Positions 46,381 to 55,410 of a stretch of DNA of 64,000 bases are shown here, in pieces. This DNA is from an uncultured Candidatus Binatia bacterium (GTDB lineage: Bacteria > Desulfobacterota > Binatia > UBA9968 > CAXXLF01). Location: contig OZ244621.1 of the NCBI GenBank assembly GCA_965218425.1, forward strand, positions 2,240,001-2,304,000, read 5' to 3'. The position numbers and the translations under genes were made by a program. Positions within the stretch are counted from its first letter, which is position 1, and each line of letters starts with the position of its first letter. The notes beneath the pieces are model-generated. The model did not search any database, was not told the DNA's origin, and was given only the letters and a program-made list of their open reading frames with translations.

Positions 46381-47685
46381 TCAGGCGCTATCCTCTGCTT
46401 TACTCTGCTTCCGATCCGACTCCAGTGACGCCAGCGCCTCCTTTACCAGCTTGCGCCGTAATTCTTTCTCTTCCTCGCCCGTCAGGTTTGCCGCGCCGGT
46501 GACGTGGACTATGCCGTTGCCCAAAACGACGCGGTTGGAACCGACCATCTTTGCAATGGGCATGGCCGAGGTAATCTGGACCACCGGGATGCCCGCCTTT
46601 TCCAGCTCGGTTGATATCGCAGCTCCGCTGCGAGTGCTCGTTCCTCAGGTGGAGGTGAGGATGACGGCGTCGACCTCCTCCCGCTTCACTTTTTCGGCCA
46701 TCTCCCTGCCCAGGCGCCGCGTGTTCGAGAGCGGGTTCGATAGACCAGATGTGGAGATGAACTCGTGGTGGAGTTTTCCGATCCTGCCGCTTCTTTCCAT
46801 CTCGCGCATGGCGTCGAGGGGCACGAGACGGTCCGGATCCTGTTGAACGAATCTCGGATCATAGCCGCCGTGAGAGATCTCGTAGTCCTCCCCCCTGAGA
46901 TCATCCCGGCCGTCGATGCTATAGGAGCCCCACCGGGTGGCGGCTTGTCCTTCGATTTTGTCCGGGTTGCCCTTCGGAACGAGGCCGCCGTCGGTGATGA
47001 GCATGACCTTGGCCTTCGAAAGATCCCCCACGGCGGAGGGCATGGGAACCGGTTTAAAGGAAGTCGGCAACATCTCAGACTCGAAGGGCTCTCCTTTCAC
47101 TTTCGTCAGGAGCATATCAACGAGCCGGACGGCGGCCGTCCGATCCGCCAGTTGATCGCGCAGGATACCCCGGGAAAGGTAGCCTTCCTCTGCGGGCAGC
47201 CCGATGGACTTACCGTGGACGAGCTTTCCTCCCAGACGCGCCATTTTGGTTAGGACTTGCCGCATCTTGGCGGGGCTCGCACCCGAATTCACGATATAGA
47301 GCGCTTCCCGGTTGAGATCCGCCCCCGGGTTCTCGCTGCCCATCCCGGTAACGACGGGAATCCCCAGGTTGGACTGAACGGCGGCGCAGAGGGACCCCGC
47401 CGCCATCCCATATCGACCCGCTTCGAAGCAAGGACCGGCAACGAACAGCTCTGCACCCGCCTCCCGGACCTTTGCCAGCACCGCGGCCGTCAACTCCTCC
47501 TGGTGTTCCACGGCATGGTTGTCTCCGGAAATGAGGGTCATAACCACACGTGAGCCATCGCCCAGCAGTTGTTCCAACAGCCTCCCCGGTCCTACGGCCC
47601 CCTCACGCGCCTCAAGGGGCATGCCCGCCTGCTCCTCTCCCCCGACTCCGCCGAAAAACTGATTCAAATAGTGTACGATTCGCAT
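46381..47685 (-). CDS. grdB: Glycine/sarcosine/betaine reductase selenoprotein B (Sec at TGA 46645-46647)
   Basis: MRIVHYLNQFFGG.GGEE; AGP.F.AGRYG; TDGGLVPKGNPD; HGGYD; ILTST-U-GTSTRSGA; in-frame continuation to 46381. Confidence 0.93.
46617..46633 (-). promoter_or_regulatory. SECIS-like hairpin of grdB
   Basis: tcgcagc-GGA-gctgcga starting 11 nt after UGA. Confidence 0.8.
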
Positions 47686-47718
47686 TTTTTGACCCTCCTC
47701 ACCGGATTCGCGACTGGA

Positions 47719-48999
47719 TCAAGTGACCAAAGCCCGCATTCTCGAGGCTCCCTGTTGATTGGTGACGCCGGCAACGTTCGCAGCGGCGACCTTCGTCGGT
47801 CCGGCCAACACCCTCCTCAACTCCGGGGTCGCGGCGATGATCCGATCCACCGGTGCCAACGTGTAATTCGTTCCGTTTCCGCCGTTGTATACGATGGCAT
47901 TCACCTCCGGAAAGTTGAAGAGCAGAGCCGACTCGACCCGCCTGTCCCTTGCCATGTCCGAGACCATGACAGTGGTTTTTATGCCCATACCTTCCAGGAG
48001 CCGAGCGGTCTCCGCCAAGTCGGCATGGGGAACACCGCCGCCGTACTTGGTTAGAATGACGGCGTCCGCTTTCAACGCCCACCTGACCAGATTCGCAGCC
48101 GTCCGACAGTTTCGGTCGCGGTCGAAGTTGTCGGAACCGGCAACGGTCGCCACCGTGCCCACGAAGTTGAGATGCCGCGCATGGTGGCGACCGTAGAGCT
48201 CCAGGATCACGGGGTGATTTTGATAGAAGTAGGTTTCCGCGCCGCCGATGGAAGAATGGTACGATGGGACGACGGCGCCGTCCAGCCACTCGTCGGGATG
48301 AAGCGGGATGGGCAGCATCCCTTCCGTGTTGGCGCCATAGAGAATGGGCTCGTCCACGCCGGGCTTTCGCTGGCGCGAGAAGATCTGGCCTACATATGCG
48401 ACCCGGGGAAGCCCCTCGCGTCCCGCCTCCGCGGGACCCGCCGGGTCGAATTGACGGGTGGATGCCGCAGGCTGACTCGCCGCAATGCGGGCCATATGAA
48501 CCGAGAGCCTGAGACCGGCCCGACGATACGCTTTTCCGATGCTTTGAGCGGGCAACTCCGAACGCGTACGGGGAATCGCCACCAGGTGGTGCAACGAGGA
48601 GTAATTGCTGCCTTCAGCGGCTGCCCCGCTCATCTCCAATACCCGGCCCGTCACGCCCCTGGACTCTCCCGGAGACCTCTCCGCCAGAACGGTGACGACG
48701 GCTCCTTCGAGCACATGGGTCGTCCCCATGCCCGCCGTTTCCGGCGCACCCAGGATGCCCGGGAAATCAGGGCTTGAGCCCTCTCCTTTAGCTCTGGGCT
48801 CGATGATGTCGAAGACGGGCGCGGCCCGACAACTCTCGCCGGGGCGCACGATTTGGAAATCCACGCCGGTAAGGGCATCGTCTTCAAGAACCAACCGGCG
48901 CAGTTCCTCCGGATCGACGACGAGGACCGAGCCGTCGAGACGGGCCGGTGTTTCCAAGCGGATCTCCGTGATGGGGTGACATGCCAGGGTCAAACGCAT
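47719..48999 (-). CDS. grdE: Glycine/sarcosine/betaine reductase component B proprotein-type subunit (GrdE/GrdG/GrdI family)
   Basis: PGES.R..V.DIIEPRAK; G.G.THVL.G; LHP.E..DGA.V; TY.YQNHPVI; G.KT. Confidence 0.88.
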   Translation of the reverse strand: MRLTLACHPITEIRLETPARLDGSVLVVDPEELRRLVLEDDALTGVDFQIVRPGESCRAAPVFDIIEPRAKGEGSSPDFPGILGAPETAGMGTTHVLEGAVVTVLAERSPGESRGVTGRVLEMSGAAAEGSNYSSLHHLVAIPRTRSELPAQSIGKAYRRAGLRLSVHMARIAASQPAASTRQFDPAGPAEAGREGLPRVAYVGQIFSRQRKPGVDEPILYGANTEGMLPIPLHPDEWLDGAVVPSYHSSIGGAETYFYQNHPVILELYGRHHARHLNFVGTVATVAGSDNFDRDRNCRTAANLVRWALKADAVILTKYGGGVPHADLAETARLLEGMGIKTTVMVSDMARDRRVESALLFNFPEVNAIVYNGGNGTNYTLAPVDRIIAATPELRRVLAGPTKVAAANVAGVTNQQGASRMRALVT

Positions 49000-49119
49000 T
49001 TTTCTTTCCTCTCGTGAAGACCCGGCAAGGGACCGGGAGTCCTCCAGGAGCGAGCGCAATCTCAGACCGGCTACTGCTCTGCTTATACCTCAAAGCAAGC
49101 TTGCCGCCAAGGGTTCAGC

Positions 49120-49587
49120 TTATCCGTCGGCGAGCCCGGAGCGAACCTCCCGCATCGCCGTGGCGATAGCCTCGGTTTCCACTGCCATCTCGATCAGGCC
49201 CACCTCGTCGGCGTAGGTCTCGGGGTCCACCTGCTCCTTGATCTCGGGCTCGGTGATGTGGAAGACGGGGAGTTTCAAGCCGACGCCGCCGAGCGCTCCC
49301 GCCCAGGTCGGATCCCCATCGGTCATGGTCAGGCCGAACAGTTTGCTGCTCTCTGCGGTGGGAGTTCCGAGAAGGACAACGACACCGGCAGTCCCCGTGG
49401 CGTCTACCTTCCGTTTGATTTCTTCTTGACCTTCCAGGTCAAGCGCGCCCGACGCCGTTCAGACGAAACAGTGGGTGAGTTCAAGGATGACTTCGGCGCC
49501 CGCGCTTTTCGCGCAAAGAGCGATGGAGTTGCCTTGAACGCCGTCTCTTTCTCCCAGAACAATGACTTTCTTCCCGTTCAGCTTCAT
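49120..49587 (-). CDS. grdA: Glycine reductase selenoprotein A (Sec at TGA 49459-49461)
   Basis: KKVIVLGERDGV; CFV-U-TASGALDLE.Q; GDPTWAGAL.GV.L.L.V.HI.E; 155 aa on readthrough. Confidence 0.95.
49425..49443 (-). promoter_or_regulatory. SECIS-like hairpin of grdA
   Basis: cttgacct-GGA-aggtcaag starting 15 nt after UGA. Confidence 0.8.
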
Positions 49588-49770
49588 AACGCCCCCGTCA
49601 TTCATATCGAGCCGAGACTACGACCTCGCCAAGCCGGAACATCTAGCAGAGGACAGTAGGCGGCAAGAAATCAACCTCTTGACCTTACTTTTCTTAAATT
49701 TAGCTTTGACCGCCGCATACCGCTTACTGCGAACTGCTTACTGGTTTCGCTTTGCGCGAGTCATCCCCGG

Positions 49771-51222
49771 TTAGTTTTTCGGGTTACGCTCCAATACAAA
49801 GGATAATCCGTCCGCCATCTGAGTCATGCGGCCTAAAAACAGGCTCCCTTTGGCCAAGAACATGGCTCGATCCATAGCCCCCGACACGATACGGTCCACT
49901 GCGTGCCCCAGGAAAGGGATCGCCGAGGCGATATGGCCCTGAGTCGGGGCATAACCGGGCATTCCGTGTGTTTCCGCAAAACTTGAAATCTCGTTAGGGG
50001 CGATCTCTTTGTTCCGCGCCGCCAGGGCGGCGATAAGCCTGTAGTTCGTCAACGGAACGTTGCCGTTTCCGGACGGTTCCGTCACCTCCGGGTTGTGCAG
50101 CTCGGTGGCGTACTTGTCGATATCCCCGAAGCGCAATTTTAGTTTCTGCAGCGGCTCGGCCACCAGTGAGCCGAAGACGGCCTGCTGGCTCGAGCCGGCA
50201 CCCACCCGGTGCATACCGACGGAATCCAGCCTTAGCCAAGGATGTTTCCCGTCGTCCCCGGAGACGTGGATGGCAACTCCCGCCAAAACATCCTCCAAGA
50301 CCGGTTGTTCGTGTTTGAGATGGCCTTGAAACTTCATCCCGAGTTTCGCCAGAGAGCCGCCCCCGACGACCACCACATTGCGGAACACACCCGCGCTCAC
50401 GAGGCTGCCGGCCAGCAGCAAAGCATGGTTCGGACCCGAGCAAAAGCCTTTGACGTCGACCCCGCTCGCCATGGAGCACCCGCACATTTCCCCGATGGCC
50501 TTCGCCAGGTTTCCTCCGCCGCGCTGGTAACGGTCGCCCACCGCCTCCTCGCCGCTGTTTAGAACATAATCAATGGCAGCGGCCTGTGCGCCTTCACCCT
50601 TCAGGAGCGTCTTCAGGGCCACTACCGCCGTCGCCTTGCAGGCCAGGTTCTCGAGGAGAATGTCGGGCGCAAGGGAGCGGTCCTCCCGATCGCCCGGCAG
50701 GACGCAGCCCACCAATTGCCCGTCCCGCAGATTGAGGGGGAGCGCGGGCGACGGACCGTCGATCCGAGCCTCGATGGCGGAGAGCGGCTTGCCGTCGTTG
50801 AGGTTCGCGGCTTCCACCTTCCCGAAGAGCGGATGGAGTTCCAACGCCCGCCGCGCCGTCCCGAGAAAACCTTCCTCGAGCCAAAGCAGCCCGAAGAGAT
50901 CGCAGAGCTTCATGACGGCGTAAAACTCCTCTTCCGGCATGAATTCACCATGCCGTTGCCGCCGTTCCGTATCCTGTCTCACGGCAAACCAGGGCCGTTG
51001 GAGGGATTTCAGTTCATCGGGGTAGATGGATCCTAGAAATACCCGGTTCGGCGGATAGGACAAAGCGTCCTCGAAGGAACGGAGCCGCTCCCGAATTCGT
51101 TCGCTTACCGCCGCTTCCCGGACGATTTCACGCGCCGGTTTCGAGCCGTGGGTGACAAGTCCGGGCGTATGAGATAAAAAGTAGCGAACGGCCTTGATGA
51201 CTGGTTGATTTCCCGGGGGCAT
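49771..51222 (-). CDS. grdC: Glycine reductase component C beta subunit
   Basis: YPPN.V..G; LENL..KAT; EEAVGD.YQRGGGN.AKA; TELHNPE.T; GMPG.APTQGHI; KGSLFLGRMT. Confidence 0.92.
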   Translation of the reverse strand: MPPGNQPVIKAVRYFLSHTPGLVTHGSKPAREIVREAAVSERIRERLRSFEDALSYPPNRVFLGSIYPDELKSLQRPWFAVRQDTERRQRHGEFMPEEEFYAVMKLCDLFGLLWLEEGFLGTARRALELHPLFGKVEAANLNDGKPLSAIEARIDGPSPALPLNLRDGQLVGCVLPGDREDRSLAPDILLENLACKATAVVALKTLLKGEGAQAAAIDYVLNSGEEAVGDRYQRGGGNLAKAIGEMCGCSMASGVDVKGFCSGPNHALLLAGSLVSAGVFRNVVVVGGGSLAKLGMKFQGHLKHEQPVLEDVLAGVAIHVSGDDGKHPWLRLDSVGMHRVGAGSSQQAVFGSLVAEPLQKLKLRFGDIDKYATELHNPEVTEPSGNGNVPLTNYRLIAALAARNKEIAPNEISSFAETHGMPGYAPTQGHIASAIPFLGHAVDRIVSGAMDRAMFLAKGSLFLGRMTQMADGLSFVLERNPKN

Positions 51223-51347
51223 GGTCCAGCACTATATCCATTAGGGGCTTACCGGGTCAATCCTGCTCGAAACGGACGGACACAGTTGAATACTCTCTCG
51301 CAATCCTACGTTTCCTCCCACGCCGAGGCTGCCGGGGCGAATCGCTG

Positions 51348-52847
51348 ATGATCCGTCTCTCAACGATTCCCAATCGGGCGCACCTGATCAACTGGTTTGA
51401 ATGGGGGGAAGAGGCGTTCCGCGCGGCTCGAGGCCACAATAAGCCCTTGATGCTTTTTTTGCACGCCTTTTGGTGCCGTATCTGCCAGCGAATGGACGAG
51501 GACGCCTTCTCTAACGACGAGAATATCACGTTGCTGAACGCCTACTTCGTCTCGGTCCGGGCGGAGAACGCGAAGCGGCCCGACGTGGACGTTCGCTACA
51601 ATCAAAACGGGTGGCCCACGATTGTTTTCATGACCCCGGAGGGGGAACAGCTCGCCTGCGCGAACAGCCTTGACGCGGAGGCGCTCGGAAGCCTTTTGGT
51701 TCGGGTCTATGAGGCTAATCGGAAGATTCGAAACGAAGTTCGCGGGAAAAAGGGAACACTCGCACGGGCCCCACGCGAGGCCGCGAGTCGGCCGGACCCC
51801 ATCGACCATCGGGACTCTGGCGTTTCGGAGATTACCCAGCTGATCATGGGGCTCGCCGACCGCGTTCACGGCGGCTACGGGCATGGTCGGAAATATATCC
51901 ATTCGGATGCGAACGATTTTTTGCTCTCCCGTTATGGAGCGGCAAAGAATTCCGACTATCTCGATCACGTGTGTTTAACTCTCGACCGGATGCGGGAGAG
52001 TCCGATCCACGATCGTGAAGAGGGCGGGTACTACCGCACTGCCTCCGGTGAGGACTGGAGCGGCCCCCACCGGGAAAAGCTTCTGGCGGATCAGGCGGGC
52101 ATCCTTAACAACTGCCTGGGGGTTTTCGAGATCACTAAAAACCCAACCTATGCGCGTATGGGTGAAGGCATTATCGACTACCTGAATAACAGGCTTTTGG
52201 ATTCTTGCAGCGGAACCTATTTCGGTTGCGAGGATTTTATTCGAAGCGAAGACAAGGATGCTTCTTCCCGGGCAGGGTATTTCTCCATCCTGGACGACTG
52301 TATTTACACGGACGCGAACGCCGACGCCATCGGCGCTTACCTCAGAGCCTATGCCGTGTTGGGCAAGTCGGCCTGCAAGGAGATTGCGTTAAAGGCGCTG
52401 GAATTCATCTGGGACAAATGCCGGAGTCCCCGAGGGGGAGTCTATCATTACTTCGACGGCGCGCCTCACGGGCCGGGATTGCTCGATGATCAAGCGCGCC
52501 TGGGCGCGGTGTTGGTGCATGCATGGAAAGCCACCGGCGAAACTCGGTATCTGGACCGCGCGAAGGATTTGGCCGAATTCATTCTGGCGAGACTGAGAAA
52601 CCCGGCCGGCGGCTACTACGATCTTTCGGCGCCGGGAGCCGCATACCTCCGCTACCCGCTGACTCTGATCGAACGGAACGGAGCCGCTGCGGCGTTTTTT
52701 TTCGCCCTCGCCGAGTCCAGAGGCGAGGCCAAATACCGGGACGCAGGGGTTTGGGCCATCGGCGCGTTCACGGGAGATTTCGGTCGGTACGGAATTCACG
52801 CGGCGGGGTTCGGTCGAGCGCTCGCTGAATTCGTGCGGCGTCCTTAG
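51348..52847 (+). CDS. DUF255 thioredoxin-like plus alpha/alpha-toroid protein (YyaL-like)
   Basis: INWFEWGEEAF; WCRIC; RPDVD.RY..GWPT; HD..EGGY.R; PH.EK.L.DQA. Confidence 0.85.
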   Translation: MIRLSTIPNRAHLINWFEWGEEAFRAARGHNKPLMLFLHAFWCRICQRMDEDAFSNDENITLLNAYFVSVRAENAKRPDVDVRYNQNGWPTIVFMTPEGEQLACANSLDAEALGSLLVRVYEANRKIRNEVRGKKGTLARAPREAASRPDPIDHRDSGVSEITQLIMGLADRVHGGYGHGRKYIHSDANDFLLSRYGAAKNSDYLDHVCLTLDRMRESPIHDREEGGYYRTASGEDWSGPHREKLLADQAGILNNCLGVFEITKNPTYARMGEGIIDYLNNRLLDSCSGTYFGCEDFIRSEDKDASSRAGYFSILDDCIYTDANADAIGAYLRAYAVLGKSACKEIALKALEFIWDKCRSPRGGVYHYFDGAPHGPGLLDDQARLGAVLVHAWKATGETRYLDRAKDLAEFILARLRNPAGGYYDLSAPGAAYLRYPLTLIERNGAAAAFFFALAESRGEAKYRDAGVWAIGAFTGDFGRYGIHAAGFGRALAEFVRRP

Positions 52848-52923
52848 TGCAAGCGGCTTGCGAAGGATACTCGCGCGGGATAAGACTTCACTCATCGACT
52901 CACCTAAGGAACGGGAGGAAAAA

Positions 52924-53328
52924 ATGGCTGAAAGCGCGCTTCGAGGGAGTTGTCTTTGTAAATCGGTTCAGTATGAGTTGTGGCCGCCGTTAACGAGGTT
53001 TAACCACTGCTATTGCTCGAGGTGCAGGAAGGCCACGGGAGCCGTGCGGGCAACGAATCTCGGGGTGCCCGTCAACCAGTTCCGTTGGACCAAAGGAGAG
53101 GAGATGATCTCGCGTTACGATCTTCCCGAGGCAAGAAGCTTTGCCACGGCCGTCTGTACCCGATGCAATTGTCCCGTGCCTCATGCCTCTCGGAACGGTG
53201 AGCAAATGGTTGTCCCCTCGGGTACGCTGGACACCGATCCGGGGTCCAAACCTACCGTTCACAGGAATTGGGGCAGTCGGGTGAGTTGGGCGGCCCTGGA
53301 CGAGTCCCACCTGCCGTGTGAAGAGTGA
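52924..53328 (+). CDS. GFA (glutathione-dependent formaldehyde-activating) family protein
   Basis: GSCLC; HCYCSRCRKATG; CTRC. Confidence 0.88.
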   Translation: MAESALRGSCLCKSVQYELWPPLTRFNHCYCSRCRKATGAVRATNLGVPVNQFRWTKGEEMISRYDLPEARSFATAVCTRCNCPVPHASRNGEQMVVPSGTLDTDPGSKPTVHRNWGSRVSWAALDESHLPCEE

Positions 53329-53454
53329 AAAAAAAGTAAAAGGGTAAAAGTCCGTCCGGCGCCCTTATGTTACCTGATGAGCGGACCCCGGGCACGGCAA
53401 ATTCGTAAGATCGGAACGCCCGCCGCCGGGCTTAAGTTTGGGGTGGATTAATAT

Positions 53455-54642
53455 ATGAGTGGATTGCGCGTACTGGTCGGCACGCGAAAGGGAGCATTTA
53501 TCCTGACTTCGGACGCAGTGCGCCGGCGGTGGCAGGTCAGTGGTCCCCATTTTGCGGGCTGGGAGATCTACCATGTGAAAGGCTCTCCCGTGGAACCGAA
53601 CCGACTCTATGCATCGCAGTCCAGTGGCTGGTTCGGGCAGATCATTCAACGTTCCGATGACGGCGGCAAGACTTGGCATCAACCCGGTACACCAAAGGGG
53701 GAGCCCGCCGCCACCCCGCAAGGCATGCCCAAGAGCGAGAGCAACAGGTTCGTTTACGATTCGTCTCCCGAAACCGGCAAGCCGCTTACCACGCACCAGT
53801 CGTACGACGGCACTCCACAACCGTGGGAGTTCAAGCGAGTCTGGCACCTCGAACCTTCGCTGAGCGATCCTGACACTGTCTATGCCGGAGTGGAAGACGC
53901 GGCCTTGTTCCGCTCCACCGACGGCGGGCAGACGTGGCAAGAAGTCTCCGGTCTGCGCGGCCACGGCACGGGATCTTCATGGCAGCCGGGTGCGGGTGGG
54001 ATGTGCCTGCACACGATCCTTCTGGATCAGAGCAACCCGAACCGGATCTTCACCGCCATTTCGGCCGCGGGCGCCTTCCGCAGCGACGACGCCGGCAAAA
54101 CGTGGCAACCCATCAACAGCGGTTTGAAGTCCGAATACATTCCCGACCCAACAGCGGAGGTGGGGCATTGCGTGCACCGCCTCGCCATGCATCCTTCGCG
54201 TCCGGACGTGCTTTTCATGCAGAAGCACTGGGACGTCATGCGAAGCGATGATGCCGGCGGATCATGGCGCGAAGTGAGCGGCAATCTGCCCACTGACTTC
54301 GGGTTTGCCGTTGACGTTCACGCGCATGAGCCTGACACCGTCTACGTGGTTCCCATCAAGAGCGACTCGGGGCATTTCCCTCCCGAGGGAAAGCTCCGGG
54401 TGTACCGCAGCCGCACGGGTGGAAACGAGTGGGAGCCGCTTACCAAAGGGCTGCCGCAGCGCGATTGTTACGTCAACGTGTTGCGCGACGCCATGGCAGT
54501 GGACTCGCTGGATTTGTGCGGCGTGTACTTCGGCACCACCGGCGGGCAGGTATACGCCTCAAGCGACGCGGGTGACAGCTGGATCCCCATCGTTCGGGAT
54601 CTCCCGGCTGTGCTTTCGGTTGAAGTCCAGACTCTGCCATGA
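53455..54642 (+). CDS. BNR/Asp-box beta-propeller (sialidase-like) protein
   Basis: Multiple RSxDGGxTW boxes; [10 protein letters not shown] start. Confidence 0.9.
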   Translation: MSGLRVLVGTRKGAFILTSDAVRRRWQVSGPHFAGWEIYHVKGSPVEPNRLYASQSSGWFGQIIQRSDDGGKTWHQPGTPKGEPAATPQGMPKSESNRFVYDSSPETGKPLTTHQSYDGTPQPWEFKRVWHLEPSLSDPDTVYAGVEDAALFRSTDGGQTWQEVSGLRGHGTGSSWQPGAGGMCLHTILLDQSNPNRIFTAISAAGAFRSDDAGKTWQPINSGLKSEYIPDPTAEVGHCVHRLAMHPSRPDVLFMQKHWDVMRSDDAGGSWREVSGNLPTDFGFAVDVHAHEPDTVYVVPIKSDSGHFPPEGKLRVYRSRTGGNEWEPLTKGLPQRDCYVNVLRDAMAVDSLDLCGVYFGTTGGQVYASSDAGDSWIPIVRDLPAVLSVEVQTLP

Positions 54643-54935
54643 TCCGGGTGGCGCTCCCTACGCAACTCAAAAAACTCGCGCGGGTCGAGGGTGAGGTAAG
54701 GCTCCAAATCGAGGGTCCGGTCACGCAGGGCTCGGTTCTCGATGCCCTCGAAGCCCGGTATCCGATGCTCCGCGGGACCGTCCGCGATCAGGTCACGCAA
54801 AAGCGGAGAGCGTTCGTGAGATTTTTCGCCTGCGGAGAGGACCTGTCCCATGAAACGCCGGACACCGCGCTGCCTGAAAAGGTCGCCACGGGCGCGGAAC
54901 CGTTTCTGATCGTTGGCGCCATCGCCGGGGGCTAG
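54639..54935 (+). CDS. MoaD/ThiS ubiquitin-like protein
   Basis: C-terminal AIAGG; ATGA overlap with the BNR gene. Confidence 0.9.
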   Translation: MIRVALPTQLKKLARVEGEVRLQIEGPVTQGSVLDALEARYPMLRGTVRDQVTQKRRAFVRFFACGEDLSHETPDTALPEKVATGAEPFLIVGAIAGG

Positions 54936-54982
54936 AGCCGGCAAGGCATCGTGCAAGTTGCTATTATGTCCCCGGAACTCGA

Positions 54983-55052
54983 AAGTAAATATGTCGAAGT
55001 CCGTCCCCGAATACAGGCGATGTTTGCGGCGAGAAAATAAATCCGTCCCCAT
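54983..55052. repeat. Cluster of REP-like gtcccc motifs
   Basis: gtccgtccccga and atccgtccccat, plus atgtccccgga at 54966. Confidence 0.4.
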
Positions 55053-55410
55053 TGATGATTACTGATTAACTTCGCGGCCGTCTTCGAGTCTCAATCGGAG
55101 GCACTCATCACCGACGTTAAAGAAGCGGCTTTTGCACGTCCAGTCCTCACCTCGATAGTTCAGCTTTGCTTGTTTTCCCGGCAATCATGTTGTGAAAAGC
55201 AAAACGTAGAGGCGCGGCACGTATTCACTTATGCGGTGGACGAATCACAGGCCGCGGGAGATCGTCAAGATTGAAAGGCCTGACCCCGTGACCGTGACTG
55301 ACCCCGGCCACACTCTCCACATCGCCCGTTGCCTTGACAGGCAATAGGACGAGTGATATTGCCAAAGCACGGATACTCTGGTGCGATGAGGCAGTGACAA
55401 AGGAGGCGAG

